In this document: positions 47,994 through 58,483 of the stretch, in pieces | How positions within the stretch are numbered: the stretch's first letter is position 1 | How the letters are laid out: every line of letters starts with the position of its first letter | From: Polyangiaceae bacterium | GTDB taxonomy: Bacteria; Myxococcota_A; Polyangia; Polyangiales; Polyangiaceae | DNA: 64,000 nucleotides | Direction: 5' to 3' | Assembly (NCBI GenBank): GCA_044376115.1 | Contig: JBILLK010000005.1 | Coordinates: 160,001 to 224,000 of the forward strand | Made by a program: the position numbers and the translations under genes | The notes under the pieces: generated by a model | The model's input: only the letters and a program-made list of their open reading frames with translations | Told to the model about the DNA's origin: nothing | Database searches by the model: none

Positions 47994-50048
47994 GTGTCCT
48001 CCATAGCTCCACCTTCCGGCGGTGATGAACTCGAAGCGCTTCTCGGGAGCGAGCTCTCGTCGGAGACCGCTCCTGGAGTGAAGTACCGCATCCTTTCGCG
48101 CGTCGGAGAGGGTGCGATGGGGGTGGCATTTTACGCGATGCGTCTCGCGCCGGAAGGGGAGTGCGGCGTCGTCGTCAAGATCCTTCGGCCTTGGTTCGTC
48201 GCCCAGTGGGGTAAGACGGCTGAGCTGATCGTTCAGAAAGAGGCTGTCGCCCTCGGCCGCTTGAACGAGCGCGTTCCGCCAACTCCCTTCGTCGTTCGTT
48301 TGATTGACACTGGTGCGGTGGCCCTTCGATCGCGCGGGGTTGAGGTGCGCGTCCCTTGGTTGGTGGTGGAATACGTTCACGGTGGCATCGAGGGGACGAC
48401 GCTGAGTCAACGGGTGGTTCACGCCATCCGAACCACTGGACATGCTTTCGACGCCCAGCGTGGAGCGAACTTGGTTGAGGCGCTTGGTCAGGGCCTCTCC
48501 ACCGTTCATGAAGTCGGCGTGATCCATCGCGATATCAAGCCCGACAACGTCCTCTGTTGCGGCTTCGGAAGCGACGAGATCTTCAAGATCGCCGACTTCG
48601 GTGTGGCGCGTCCAGTGGGCGTCGCTGCGACCTTTGGCGGGTTCATCGTCGGCACGCTTGGCTACGCGGCACCTGAACTCGCAACGATGGACGCCAAAGC
48701 TGTAGGCGCCTGGAGTGACGTCTTCAGCATGGCTGGCGTAATCTACTTTGTGCTTACCGGCGCCGAATACTTCGATGTGAAGTCGCCATCCGAGGCGTTG
48801 ATGGCCGCGCTTTCGAATCAGCGCCGCAGTATCCGGGAGTCGCCCTGGCTCGCGCCCGAACTGCGGGCCAACGCCGAGGCCTGCAAAGCGATTGACTACG
48901 CGCTCGCCTGCGGCACCTCCGGAAAAACGGAGCTGAGGCCCATGCGCGCGGATGCGCTTGCGATGATGATCGCTCCTTGGCTTCGCTCCGAGGTTCCGCG
49001 GCTATCGATCGTAAACAAGCGGAGGGCGCATCTCGAGGAGTCCGAAGACACGACTCAACTACTGGCATGGACCTGGACCCCACTTCGCTACCCGGGAACT
49101 TTTGGCAAGGTCATCCGCGACGTTGCTTGGGACGGTGACGGCAAGTGCATGGCCGCCACCAATGCAGGGCTAGCTTTTTGGGACGGCTCACACTGGAAGG
49201 ATGTCGCGCACGACGGCATCGCAGACCCAACCTCCATTCGCTTCGTCCGCCGCGTGGCGCCCGGTCAGTGGCTCGTAGGTGGTGACGAGGCAACGTTCGC
49301 CCTCTACTCGAGTGAAGGCCCGCGTGAAGTGCGCCGCTTCTCGGGGGGCAATATTCGCTACGAACTCCTATCAGGGAACATCGACGACCTGGCGGTTCTC
49401 GTTGGCACTGCGCCGAATCAGCCCCCGACCCTTTGCTGTTTGACGGCAAAACGTTGGCTCAAGCCACTTCCCGTTCCAGACGCTGCATCGATCTCAAAGC
49501 TCGCCCGCGTTGCCGACTCAAAATGGATGGTGGTAGGCCGAGCGAGAGATGGCGGCGCTTATGCAGCCATTTACCGTCCGCTCGATTGGAGCCTAGAGCG
49601 TATTGATACCCCATTAGTGCGGGCCTTCCTGGCCTGTGACGGTGAAGACTCAGCCAATACCGCAGTAGGCGTTGGCGCCAGTGGCGCTGTCGTATGGGTC
49701 TACCCCAGCGGTGTCCGCCATGAGTTCGTCGAGGGCAAACCTGACCTGTCATCGGTCTCCATTGATGCTTCAAGTCGAGGCTGGTGCGCGAGCGCAGGCC
49801 GCATATGGATGCACCACCGCACCGCACACGCCACCGGGATGTCCGCTCCCCCAATTGGAAGGTGGGACATCATGTGGGCGGATGATTCGTGGACGGCGCC
49901 GATCGTGGCGCTCTTCACTGAACCAGGCTTGGTCGTTGGTATGACGGCAGATGGTGGCATTATCGAGGGCCGAACGGCTGCTGCTGGAAGGCCGTCCAAT
50001 CGCGCTCCTACTGACTCGATGTTGCGCCGAGCGGGAAGAGGATTGTAA
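47994..50048 (+). CDS. Hanks-type Ser/Thr protein kinase with a beta-propeller-like C-terminus
   Basis: GEGAMG, VVVK, HRDIKPDN, DFG, GTLGYAAPE, SDVFS. Confidence 0.93.
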   Translation: MSSIAPPSGGDELEALLGSELSSETAPGVKYRILSRVGEGAMGVAFYAMRLAPEGECGVVVKILRPWFVAQWGKTAELIVQKEAVALGRLNERVPPTPFVVRLIDTGAVALRSRGVEVRVPWLVVEYVHGGIEGTTLSQRVVHAIRTTGHAFDAQRGANLVEALGQGLSTVHEVGVIHRDIKPDNVLCCGFGSDEIFKIADFGVARPVGVAATFGGFIVGTLGYAAPELATMDAKAVGAWSDVFSMAGVIYFVLTGAEYFDVKSPSEALMAALSNQRRSIRESPWLAPELRANAEACKAIDYALACGTSGKTELRPMRADALAMMIAPWLRSEVPRLSIVNKRRAHLEESEDTTQLLAWTWTPLRYPGTFGKVIRDVAWDGDGKCMAATNAGLAFWDGSHWKDVAHDGIADPTSIRFVRRVAPGQWLVGGDEATFALYSSEGPREVRRFSGGNIRYELLSGNIDDLAVLVGTAPNQPPTLCCLTAKRWLKPLPVPDAASISKLARVADSKWMVVGRARDGGAYAAIYRPLDWSLERIDTPLVRAFLACDGEDSANTAVGVGASGAVVWVYPSGVRHEFVEGKPDLSSVSIDASSRGWCASAGRIWMHHRTAHATGMSAPPIGRWDIMWADDSWTAPIVALFTEPGLVVGMTADGGIIEGRTAAAGRPSNRAPTDSMLRRAGRGL

Positions 50049-50133
50049 AGCGCTCTGCGCTTATTCTCGGAATCATTCAAGATTGCTTCCACTGCGCCGT
50101 TTCGCTTATTGCATTCGTTAGAAGGAGGCCGCT

Positions 50134-50922
50134 TTGGGCGCAAAATGCGCACGTTATTTTACCGATGCTGAGCGGCTCGGCGGGTTGGCCGCAAAGATCC
50201 GGTTGGCTTCTTGGGCTCGGATCACTTCGACGGAAGCGGCGGCAGGTCCCGACAGTCCCGATATCATCGAGCGCCTCACGCTGGCCCTCGAGCGCGTGAA
50301 GTTAGAGTTCTCTCCTCAGCCTCAGTTCTCAGAGCGACCAACTGCCGGGAGCCACGCGCCGCCGTCGATAGCGCCAGGGCTCACCAACGTCGTCACCAAG
50401 CTAAGGGCGCAGATTGCGTCCATGCTCGATCTGATGAGCCAGCGCTCGTTGATCCTTGACGATCCTCGCGAGACCGCACGTCGAGTGGATGAGGCGGCTG
50501 CCACCGCGCTCAATGTGGCGCGTGTCTCGACATGGCTCTTGGATGACACGCTCTTGCGAATCATTTGCCTGGACCTGTTCGACGGCGTTTCTCGCACGCA
50601 CCAAAACGGCATTGAGATCTGCGCCAGCGGCCATGAACGCTACTTTGAGGCGTTGGCTACCGAACGAAGCATCTTGGCTAACGACGCTCGCTCGGATCCG
50701 AGAACAAGCTGTTTTGCGGAGAGCTACTTAGTCCCGCTCGGTATTGGCGCCATGTTGGACGTACCCATCTGGGTTCGGGGCAGGATGGTCGGTGTCGTTT
50801 GTCACGAGCATATCGGCGGGCCCCGTCAATGGGACCGTGACGACGAGCGCTACGCGTACTTGATGTCTAGCCTCATCTCGCTCTCGATTGAACGCCAGAA
50901 GCCGCCGTCGCCATCCGAATGA
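50134..50922 (+). CDS. GAF-domain protein without an output domain
   Basis: AAGGAGG RBS before TTG; LNVARVSTW, DARSDPRT, YLVPLGIGAMLDVPI, GVVCHEHIG. Confidence 0.85.
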   Translation: MGAKCARYFTDAERLGGLAAKIRLASWARITSTEAAAGPDSPDIIERLTLALERVKLEFSPQPQFSERPTAGSHAPPSIAPGLTNVVTKLRAQIASMLDLMSQRSLILDDPRETARRVDEAAATALNVARVSTWLLDDTLLRIICLDLFDGVSRTHQNGIEICASGHERYFEALATERSILANDARSDPRTSCFAESYLVPLGIGAMLDVPIWVRGRMVGVVCHEHIGGPRQWDRDDERYAYLMSSLISLSIERQKPPSPSE

Positions 50923-50940
50923 GCCACCGTCTAGCCAGCG

Positions 50941-52080
50941 TTACTTGGTATTGACGGTTGGCGCAGTCGGCTTGGTACAGGCACAGGGCGGCTTCGGCGG
51001 TTCTGGCGCCTTTGAGCCGAACACTCCGCCCACCGTCAACAATAGTGAGTTCGTGACCTGCCATTTGTCTACTAGTAGCGGCTCTCGCAGAACCCCGAAT
51101 TTGTAAGTAATCGACGCCCAATCGAAGAGCTTTACATTTACGCCCGCGTCGATCAATACGCTCGTTAGCTCAATTAGACTGCGCTGGTCTCCCGCCGCTA
51201 GATCGTTGGTCTTGAAAGGCACCAGGACGTCTGCGCCAATGCTGTAAGAGACCCTCTTCTCCGTGTCGAAGAAGCCCCAAATATCGGCTACAGCCTCTGC
51301 GCCAATCATGTAGGTGTCACCAAGTTCTTTGGCCTCCACCTCGGGGGTGGCATCGTCGTCAAGAATGGCGACACCACCCCCAATGGTTTGCTCGGCGCCG
51401 AGGCCAGCCTTTACCTCGATGGCAATTGGCTCCTCCTCGATCGGCTGCGCGAAAACGCCAAGTCCCTCGCGGAACTGTATCGGAGCGAATGGGTCGGTAA
51501 GCGCCAAGCTCGTCCCAGTGCTGGTCGTTCTTGAGCCGTCGAGATTGGTCACCACATAGGTGACCGCCTTCGGCTCTGTATCAACGCCGGGGAACATCGT
51601 CGTGTTCATCGCTCCACGAACATAGGGACCAAATAGTTCGAGCGCATGAAGCAGATATTGCGTCTCGAACTCCAAAGCATCGTTCGACTTCTCGAACTCA
51701 TCGAGCGAGGGTGACCGCGTTACGCCGGCCTCGACCCGCAGCCCGTTGCGCCATTCGTGAATGCCCTCGTTGAATTCGAGATCGGCGTCGACTACGCCGC
51801 CTAGCGCGATCGTGAAGCCATCTTGCATGCCCACGACTGCGCGTGACTGCAGGACGCTGAACCCAACGCCAATCTCAATCCCTGGAGTCCAGCCCTCCGG
51901 CCGGTCTTCCTCATCGTCGTCGTCTTCATCGAGCCCGACGGCTTCAGTCTTGCCCTTCGTGTTGGGGCCACCAACCTTGTCGACGACCGTTGGTGGAGCG
52001 GGTGGCGCACTCTGCGCGAGTGCTACCGAGGCAGAAACCAATACTCCGAGCGTGAAGCTGGCAAAGACGAAGTTGCGCAC
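50941..52080 (-). CDS. DUF3078-like outer-membrane beta-barrel protein
   Basis: Signal peptide; HEWRNGL...FEKSNDALEF; amphipathic strands. Confidence 0.65.
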   Translation of the reverse strand: MRNFVFASFTLGVLVSASVALAQSAPPAPPTVVDKVGGPNTKGKTEAVGLDEDDDDEEDRPEGWTPGIEIGVGFSVLQSRAVVGMQDGFTIALGGVVDADLEFNEGIHEWRNGLRVEAGVTRSPSLDEFEKSNDALEFETQYLLHALELFGPYVRGAMNTTMFPGVDTEPKAVTYVVTNLDGSRTTSTGTSLALTDPFAPIQFREGLGVFAQPIEEEPIAIEVKAGLGAEQTIGGGVAILDDDATPEVEAKELGDTYMIGAEAVADIWGFFDTEKRVSYSIGADVLVPFKTNDLAAGDQRSLIELTSVLIDAGVNVKLFDWASITYKFGVLREPLLVDKWQVTNSLLLTVGGVFGSKAPEPPKPPCACTKPTAPTVNTK

Positions 52081-52206
52081 GGGGGGGAAGTTCTCACGGC
52101 GGACGTGAATGGGCCAAGGAGGTGGCGTAGCAAAGCGAGACGTGCTCCGTTAAAGCTCCACGACTTCTTTCATAGGGAAAGTCCAGCCTGCTATTCAGGA
52201 GAGCAC

Positions 52207-52719
52207 GTGACCGACTTCAATAAGCTCGCTCAAGATGCCACAGCCCGGGCGGCCTTGGCCGCTGGTAAGGACGCAGCCAAGCGGGCCGTTGATGACCTGC
52301 TTTCAGACGGGAAGACGGGTGAGGAAAATGCTCAGAGCGCAGCCGCGAAGAAGGCCAAGCGCTGGCGGTTGATTGCGATCTCCGTGTTGGGCGCTTTTGT
52401 CGTCATCGGATTGGTCGGCTTACTGCTCAATTATTGGTATTGGTTTCTTGCGATTGGTTTGCTTGGTATTGCCGGTCTTTACGCTCGCCATCGATTGCGA
52501 CGTAGACTCGCCGAAAAGGCCCCGGCGACTACTGCTCAAAGCGCTCCGACTGACCAGAAGCGGATCGCGCCAAAACTAGTTTCCGAGCAGCTGCGGCCGA
52601 GCGAAGAAACGCGCTCCGAAGTCGCGGCTCGGTCGCGGGCGCAAGCCGAAGCGCGAGCCCTTGCTGAGCAAGAGGTCGATGAGGAGCTCGCAGCGATGAA
52701 GGCACGTCTAAAGAAATGA
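52207..52719 (+). CDS. hypothetical 2-TM protein with a PspA-like C-terminal helix
   Basis: AGGAG RBS before GTG 52207; TM hairpin; ends EQEVDEELAAMKARLKK. Confidence 0.65.
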   Translation: MTDFNKLAQDATARAALAAGKDAAKRAVDDLLSDGKTGEENAQSAAAKKAKRWRLIAISVLGAFVVIGLVGLLLNYWYWFLAIGLLGIAGLYARHRLRRRLAEKAPATTAQSAPTDQKRIAPKLVSEQLRPSEETRSEVAARSRAQAEARALAEQEVDEELAAMKARLKK

Positions 52720-52849
52720 CTCTTGCGAAGTCGATGGGGCATCCAAGGTGCAGAGTCGGCTGAATCGTGGTCGAGGCCGACGATTGGGTCACTTCCAAGC
52801 ATTCTGGGTGTCTGTTGACGAGGCCGCGTAGCTGAGTAGCGTAACGCAT

Positions 52850-53677
52850 ATGCCCCTTCGCTTACTCAACACGGTTTTTGTCGCGCTGCTCGTCAGCTGC
52901 GCCACAGGTGGCGGTGTCATCCCTAACGACGGTGGCAACAGCGCTGAGGGCGGCACCGGGGGGATCGCAAGTACAGGCGGCCAAGGCGGTGTGCCAACCG
53001 TAGGTGGTCAAGGCGGTGGTCCCGAGGGCGGGCAGCCAGCGGTCGGCGGGCAAGGGGGAGGCACGCCATGTACAGAAGACCCGTGCAAGCTCGTGGCACC
53101 TCAATGTGGCTGCGATAGCGGGGAGAAGTGCACGGTCGATGCCGCCGGAGAGCGCGCCTGCGGTCCAACCGGCTCGGCTGCATTCAATGCAGAATGTGGA
53201 GCCGCCGATTGCGTTGAGGGGGCTATTTGCCTTGGTGAAGCCTCGGTGGGCTACTGCGCGCCGTTCTGCGCTACGGACGCCGAATGCGACGGAACGAACA
53301 TATGCGCTGTAAAGTTGGGTGATGGCAATGGTGGTGTCATTCCCAATGTCACAATGTGCAGCTCTGCCTGCAACCTGGCGTCGGCCGTCGGTTGCCCTAC
53401 CGGTCTAGGTTGCATACTGGCTCGTGAAGATACTGGCGCAGAACGCTTCTTCACGATGTGTTTTGCGGCTGGCACTGCCACCAGCGGTTCCTGTGCCAAC
53501 AACCCAGGCATCTGCGCGCCAGGGTATGGTTGCTATAACGATGGCACAGGGGACAATTGCTTCCAAAACTGCAACGTCGCAAGTCCCGTATGTAACAGCG
53601 GAACGTGCGGACCAATCCAAGACGAGCTGATGCAGCAAGTAACCGTTAACGGTTTTTCGCTCGGCGCGTGTCTCTGA
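52850..53677 (+). CDS. Cys-rich repeat lipoprotein
   Basis: Lipobox LVSC; Gly-rich linker; many regularly spaced Cys. Confidence 0.8.
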   Translation: MPLRLLNTVFVALLVSCATGGGVIPNDGGNSAEGGTGGIASTGGQGGVPTVGGQGGGPEGGQPAVGGQGGGTPCTEDPCKLVAPQCGCDSGEKCTVDAAGERACGPTGSAAFNAECGAADCVEGAICLGEASVGYCAPFCATDAECDGTNICAVKLGDGNGGVIPNVTMCSSACNLASAVGCPTGLGCILAREDTGAERFFTMCFAAGTATSGSCANNPGICAPGYGCYNDGTGDNCFQNCNVASPVCNSGTCGPIQDELMQQVTVNGFSLGACL

Positions 53678-54008
53678 CTCGCGGCCTAGGGAGCCGCGAA
53701 CGCTGCTAAGGGTCTGAAGAGGCATTAAACGTCCTCCTCGGAATGGATCGATCGTTGACCATGATTTATTGACCTTGCATCGACGAAGGGCTGTTCTCCA
53801 ATTGGTTGGATTGAAAAACGAGGGTTCTCGTAAGGACCCACGGGTGGGCAGCTCTTGTCCCAGGGCATTAATTGATTCGGAGCTGCCCCACCACAGTGTG
53901 ACTGGAACATTCTGTTGACGCTCTACGGGAATGCGATGGCGGCGCAAACTTCTGCGCGAACGAGGAGGCTTGCCGCGTGGCACGCCTTGTGAAGGGCGTT
54001 GGTCAGCC

Positions 54009-55643
54009 ATGAACGCTCCGTTCGGTCTCCTTGGTTTCATCAACCGGTCCGCCGAGAGGCGGGTAGCGGCTCCCGCTTTGGTGCTCCTGCTCCTTGGTGG
54101 ATGTAATCTCCTGACTGGCGCAGACGAGTTCACGATTGGGGACGGTGGCAGCGGTGGTGAAACAGACGCCTCCACGGGCAATGTTGGCGCTTCCGACGTT
54201 TCGGGGCCAGGTGCGGGAGGGCACTCCGAGCCGGGGGCTGGTGGGTCGGCGGGGGTCGGTGGTACCGCAGGCGCCGGGGGAACAGGTGGTGGGCCGGTTC
54301 AACAAGAAGGCGATGCAACAGGCGTTACCATCAGCGAGGTAGCCTTCTATCAAGCGCTCAAGTCAACGGTTTGGAAGAATGGCTCCCCACAAGCTCCTTC
54401 CGTCAGTCTAGTAGCCAACCGGCCCGCGGTCGTACGTGTGTTTGCCTCTGCCTCGGGAGCAAGTGGGGCCCCTCTTACTGCTCGGTTGACGCTAGGCGGT
54501 AATCCACCAATCGAAACCACGGTAACGAGTTTTGGTAACAACTCTGATAGCAGCTATGGCAGCACGGTTAACTTTGATGTCCCCGCTGAGTACATGACTG
54601 GGGGCAATTGGAAAGTCGAATTCAAAGAGCCTGCTACTAGTTCCCAAGGGCCAAACCCCAATGCGTCCACTGGCGAATCATCCCTTCAGCTGCGCTCGTC
54701 CAAGACGCTCAAGGTGACGCTGATTCCAGTGCAGTATCAGGCAGACGGCTCCAACCGCATGCCTGATACATCGGCTGGGCAAGTAGAACTCTACCGCCAA
54801 TCCTTCATGGCTGTCTACCCGACGACGGACGTTATCGTGAACGTCGGTCCTACGTTGGCTTGGAGCAACTCCATTAGCGCTGGCGGTGGGGGGTGGGAGA
54901 CTGTTCTCAACGCCGTGACTGATGAGCGCACCAGCTCAAATGCCGACTTTGATGAGTATTACTTCGGAATATTCAACCCTACCAGCAGCTTCAATAACTA
55001 CTGCGCTGGGGGCTGTATGTTAGGCCTAGGCTGGATTGGTGGGCCTAATGCGGAATATACGCGGGCCGCTGTTGGCATTGGCTTCTCAGGCGAAATCTCG
55101 ACGAGTACGGCCGTTCACGAGGTCGGCCACAATCACGGACGGGATCACTCTCCCTGTGGCGGAGTGTCCGGAGCGGATCCGAACTATCCGCACTCTGGAG
55201 GAAACATCGGTGTCTGGGGAATGGACATTATTAAGCATGATATGGTGCCGCCCAGTCACAAGGACTTTATGACCTATTGTGATCCAACTTGGATAAGCGA
55301 CTATACGTACGAGAATATTCTCGACTTTATGGCTGCTACCAACTCGCTCGAGTTTCCCGAGTCCTCTCTCAATCAAATGTATGAGCGCCTGTCGGTTGGG
55401 GCCGATTCGGCGGCCTGGCTAAATGACGTGCAGCTTGCCCGGCCACCGCTCGGGGATGAGGTGAGCAGCATCACCCTTTCGCTCGCAGACGGCTCTACAA
55501 AGACTGTGAGTGGCAACTTTTATCGCTACGATCATCTTCCCGGCGGTGTGATCTACGTGAAGAAGGAGGCGCAGGCGATCCAAGCACTTCAGGTCGAGAT
55601 CGACCTCAACGGGCAACAGACGCTCATCCAAGCGCACCGCTGA
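54009..55643 (+). CDS. M66-like metzincin metalloprotease lipoprotein
   Basis: Lipobox LGGC; HEVGHNHGRDH SPCG; Met-turn DFMTYC...WISDY. Confidence 0.85.
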   Translation: MNAPFGLLGFINRSAERRVAAPALVLLLLGGCNLLTGADEFTIGDGGSGGETDASTGNVGASDVSGPGAGGHSEPGAGGSAGVGGTAGAGGTGGGPVQQEGDATGVTISEVAFYQALKSTVWKNGSPQAPSVSLVANRPAVVRVFASASGASGAPLTARLTLGGNPPIETTVTSFGNNSDSSYGSTVNFDVPAEYMTGGNWKVEFKEPATSSQGPNPNASTGESSLQLRSSKTLKVTLIPVQYQADGSNRMPDTSAGQVELYRQSFMAVYPTTDVIVNVGPTLAWSNSISAGGGGWETVLNAVTDERTSSNADFDEYYFGIFNPTSSFNNYCAGGCMLGLGWIGGPNAEYTRAAVGIGFSGEISTSTAVHEVGHNHGRDHSPCGGVSGADPNYPHSGGNIGVWGMDIIKHDMVPPSHKDFMTYCDPTWISDYTYENILDFMAATNSLEFPESSLNQMYERLSVGADSAAWLNDVQLARPPLGDEVSSITLSLADGSTKTVSGNFYRYDHLPGGVIYVKKEAQAIQALQVEIDLNGQQTLIQAHR

Positions 55644-55663
55644 GCTGGTAGTGTCTCGGTCTC

Positions 55664-56437
55664 ATGAGATGCGACCTCCTTTGCCGCAGTACTGTCGGCG
55701 CGTGTTCTGCTCTGGTTCTCCTCGCCTGCGGCTCCAGCCCTGGAGAGGTTGTTTCACCCAACCCCACGGACGACACTGCTGAGTCCTCCGCTTCGGCAGT
55801 GGAGAGTTCGACGCCGGCGCCCAGCGCGGCAAAGCAAGACGCTGCCGAGGTTGAAGTTCCCTCGACCTGCGAGACCAAAGGCAAGGCCTGCCTGCCAAAC
55901 GCGGCCTTCGTGAAGAAGTTTTGTCAAAACGTTCACCCGGACGTTGCGCTGGCGTTCTTCAAGAAGGGCACGCCCTTCACCCGTGGCTACTTGAAGGGCA
56001 ACACCGACGCCTTCAATGGGTACGGCGGCGTATCCTCGGGAGACAAGCTGGTCTTCGACGAAGAGGTGATCGTGCTTTCCACGCGAGAGAACACTACGGG
56101 TATCGAGGTCAGCGGCGCTGGTGGTCAATACGACCTTCTGCGCTGGGACGGCTCGTGCGCCACTGTTCCGATGGCCGACGTAACCTTCAGCGTTCCACCA
56201 GCGCCAAAGACTCCGCGGCTCGATTGGAAAGTCCTCAGTGACGAACTGCAGGCGGCCTTGCTGAATAACGCCGAGATTGCCAAAATCAACAAGGAACGCC
56301 GCTCCGAGTGCAAAGGGGCTTCGATGGGCGACGTGAGCAAGAAGTGCGTCAAGTTGGTGGATCAGCTCAGCGCTGCCGTCGTCAACTACGTTCGCACGGG
56401 TGAGGGGACCATTCCTGTCCCCGCAAAAGTGAAGTAG
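55664..56437 (+). CDS. hypothetical lipoprotein
   Basis: Lipobox LLAC; Cys pairs; coding-like codon bias. Confidence 0.7.
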   Translation: MRCDLLCRSTVGACSALVLLACGSSPGEVVSPNPTDDTAESSASAVESSTPAPSAAKQDAAEVEVPSTCETKGKACLPNAAFVKKFCQNVHPDVALAFFKKGTPFTRGYLKGNTDAFNGYGGVSSGDKLVFDEEVIVLSTRENTTGIEVSGAGGQYDLLRWDGSCATVPMADVTFSVPPAPKTPRLDWKVLSDELQAALLNNAEIAKINKERRSECKGASMGDVSKKCVKLVDQLSAAVVNYVRTGEGTIPVPAKVK

Positions 56438-56446
56438 GCACCGAGC

Positions 56447-57418
56447 ATGAGCCTCCTCGACAAGCTGAAGGAATCCACACTGGTTGTTGCGGATACCGGC
56501 GACATCCAATCCATCGAGCAATTCAAGCCGCAAGACGCAACGACGAATCCGTCGTTGATCACTGCCGCTGCCGAAATGCCTGTGTATGCAGAGTTGGTGG
56601 ACGCTTCGCTCAAAGAAGGGCGCAAGCTGGCCGGTGATAAGGCTACCGCAGGCGAAGTGGTCGCCCAAGCCATTGACCTTCTGAGCGTTGAATTCGGCCA
56701 GCGTATTTTGGACATCGTGCCCGGCCGCGTTTCCACGGAGGTCGACGCGAGGCTCTCCTTCGACACGCCTGGCACAATCGCAAAGGCTCACAAGCTCATC
56801 AACATGTACGAGCGGCGGGGTATCGCTAAGGAGCGCATCCTCATCAAGATCGCTGCCACTTGGGAGGGCATTCGTGCCGCCGAACAGCTAGAAGCTGAGG
56901 GCATCCACACCAACCTCACCCTGCTGTTCGGCATTCACCAGGCGGTGGCCTGCGCGGAATCGGGTGTGACACTCATCTCACCGTTTGTCGGTCGAATCTT
57001 GGACTTCTTCCTCAAACAGCGGGGTGTTGCTTCCATTCCAGCTCACGAAGATCCAGGCGTGCTGTCGGTTCAGAACATCTTCCACTACTTCAAGCACCAT
57101 GGGCACAAGACCGAGGTCATGGGCGCGAGCTTCCGTAACACAGGGGAGATCCTTGAACTCGCTGGTTGCGATCTGCTGACCATCTCACCGAAGCTGCTGA
57201 AAGAGTTGGCAAGCGCTGACGGGGAAGTCCCGCGCAAACTCGACGCTGCGGTTGCACGTCAAAACCCGATTGATCGGATCGTAGTCACGGAGGAGTCCTT
57301 CCGAAGCATGCACGCTGCAGACGAGATGGCCTCGTTCAAGCTCCAAGAGGGAATCGAGGGCTTCACGAAAGCGCTGGTTCAGCTCGAGGGAATCCTCGGA
57401 AAGCGCCTTGCCGGCTAG
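56447..57418 (+). CDS. tal: transaldolase
   Basis: [50 protein letters not shown]. Confidence 0.97.
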   Translation: MSLLDKLKESTLVVADTGDIQSIEQFKPQDATTNPSLITAAAEMPVYAELVDASLKEGRKLAGDKATAGEVVAQAIDLLSVEFGQRILDIVPGRVSTEVDARLSFDTPGTIAKAHKLINMYERRGIAKERILIKIAATWEGIRAAEQLEAEGIHTNLTLLFGIHQAVACAESGVTLISPFVGRILDFFLKQRGVASIPAHEDPGVLSVQNIFHYFKHHGHKTEVMGASFRNTGEILELAGCDLLTISPKLLKELASADGEVPRKLDAAVARQNPIDRIVVTEESFRSMHAADEMASFKLQEGIEGFTKALVQLEGILGKRLAG

Positions 57419-57611
57419 CTTTCTTGGCGAGCTGGTGCCGCTGTCCCCCTAAAGCTCGGTAGCCCGCCGAGTTGCTGTCGAACATTGTTTAGTAAGCGTG
57501 GGAAAACAATGATCCAAAGCCGGGTCGAGTTTGATCCACGCTCGCATCCTACAAATGGCCAGATCGCGGTGAATTCTCGCTCCCAATAGGTGGCCTAAGC
57601 TGTGCTTCGAG

Positions 57612-58055
57612 ATGGTCGTGGACACTCCGAAACAAAGCAACGTTGACTGGGTCAAGTGTTACTACGACGCGTTCAACCGCCGCGATTGGGAGTGGATCTC
57701 CGCGATGCTCGCCCCAGACGTGGAGTGGTTTCACGCTGCTCGCGATGAGCGTGTGCGCGGCGTCAACGCCGTGATTTCATCGTTCCGAAGCCTGGTTGAG
57801 GGTACGTCGAGCGCCCAGATTGACGTCCGAGCCGTGCACGACGCGGGTTTGATTGTGATTGCTGAGTGTGGCATCCGTCACTCGCGGCGCAGTGTGCCAC
57901 CCCTGTCGAAGCCTGCTTCGAATAGACCAGCGCCGCCAACGCCTCCCAGTTTTTGCGAGGTACTTCAGCTGCAAGGCGGGCGTTGCATTCGTGGCTCAAC
58001 CTACGCTGACTCCGTACGCCTTCTGATGGACATCAGCCAAGCCGCCGCTGCTTGA
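57612..58055 (+). CDS. SnoaL/NTF2-like protein
   Basis: VKCYYDAFNRRDW...LAPDVEW...GVNAV pattern. Confidence 0.8.
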   Translation: MVVDTPKQSNVDWVKCYYDAFNRRDWEWISAMLAPDVEWFHAARDERVRGVNAVISSFRSLVEGTSSAQIDVRAVHDAGLIVIAECGIRHSRRSVPPLSKPASNRPAPPTPPSFCEVLQLQGGRCIRGSTYADSVRLLMDISQAAAA

Positions 58056-58121
58056 GAGCCCTGATGCCCCTGCGTGGTTCGGGGGCTCGACACGAGTCCG
58101 CGCCCGCGCTACGTCGTCACC

Positions 58122-58424
58122 ATGTCGACGAGGATGGTCAACTGCATCAAGTTGAAGCGCGAGGCGGTAGGGCTTGAAAAGCCGCCGCTCAAGGGGCCTG
58201 TGGGCCAGAAGGTTTTCGAGAACATCTCGAAAGAGGCCTGGCAGTCCTGGCTGGAACACTCCAAGATGTTGATCAACGAGTACCGGCTCGACTTGGTGTC
58301 TGAGTCTGGGCAACGAGTTTGGTTCAGCGAGCTCGAGAAGTTTTTCTGGGGTGAGGGTTCGGCGGCTCCCGCTGAATTCAAACCTGTAGAAGCTGCGGCT
58401 ACCGAGGCCAAGAAGGAGGATTGA
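58122..58424 (+). CDS. yggX: YggX-like Fe(II)-trafficking / oxidative-damage protection protein
   Basis: RMVNCIKLKREAVGL...GQKVFENISKEAWQSWL...MLINEYRL. Confidence 0.9.
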   Translation: MSTRMVNCIKLKREAVGLEKPPLKGPVGQKVFENISKEAWQSWLEHSKMLINEYRLDLVSESGQRVWFSELEKFFWGEGSAAPAEFKPVEAAATEAKKED

Positions 58425-58483
58425 AGGTTCGGTTTGGGTCCTACGTTCACGGCGCACAATCAACCGCAAGGTTGGTCTCATTC

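Noticed and set aside
53725..53910. 61-aa minus-strand ORF whose stop overlaps ATG 53725 (TAATG)
   Set aside because: No recognisable motif or RBS; it overlaps the hairpin region, so it was not called as a gene
55754..56791. 345-aa minus-strand ORF, and similar long antisense ORFs such as 5838-6692, 8860-9735 and 36761-37699
   Set aside because: Shadow ORFs opposite well-supported genes, expected in GC-rich DNA
57483..57511. Inverted repeat CATTGTTT-N13-AAACAATG upstream of the SnoaL-like gene
   Set aside because: A possible operator, but it is a single instance with no regulator nearby, so too weak to call
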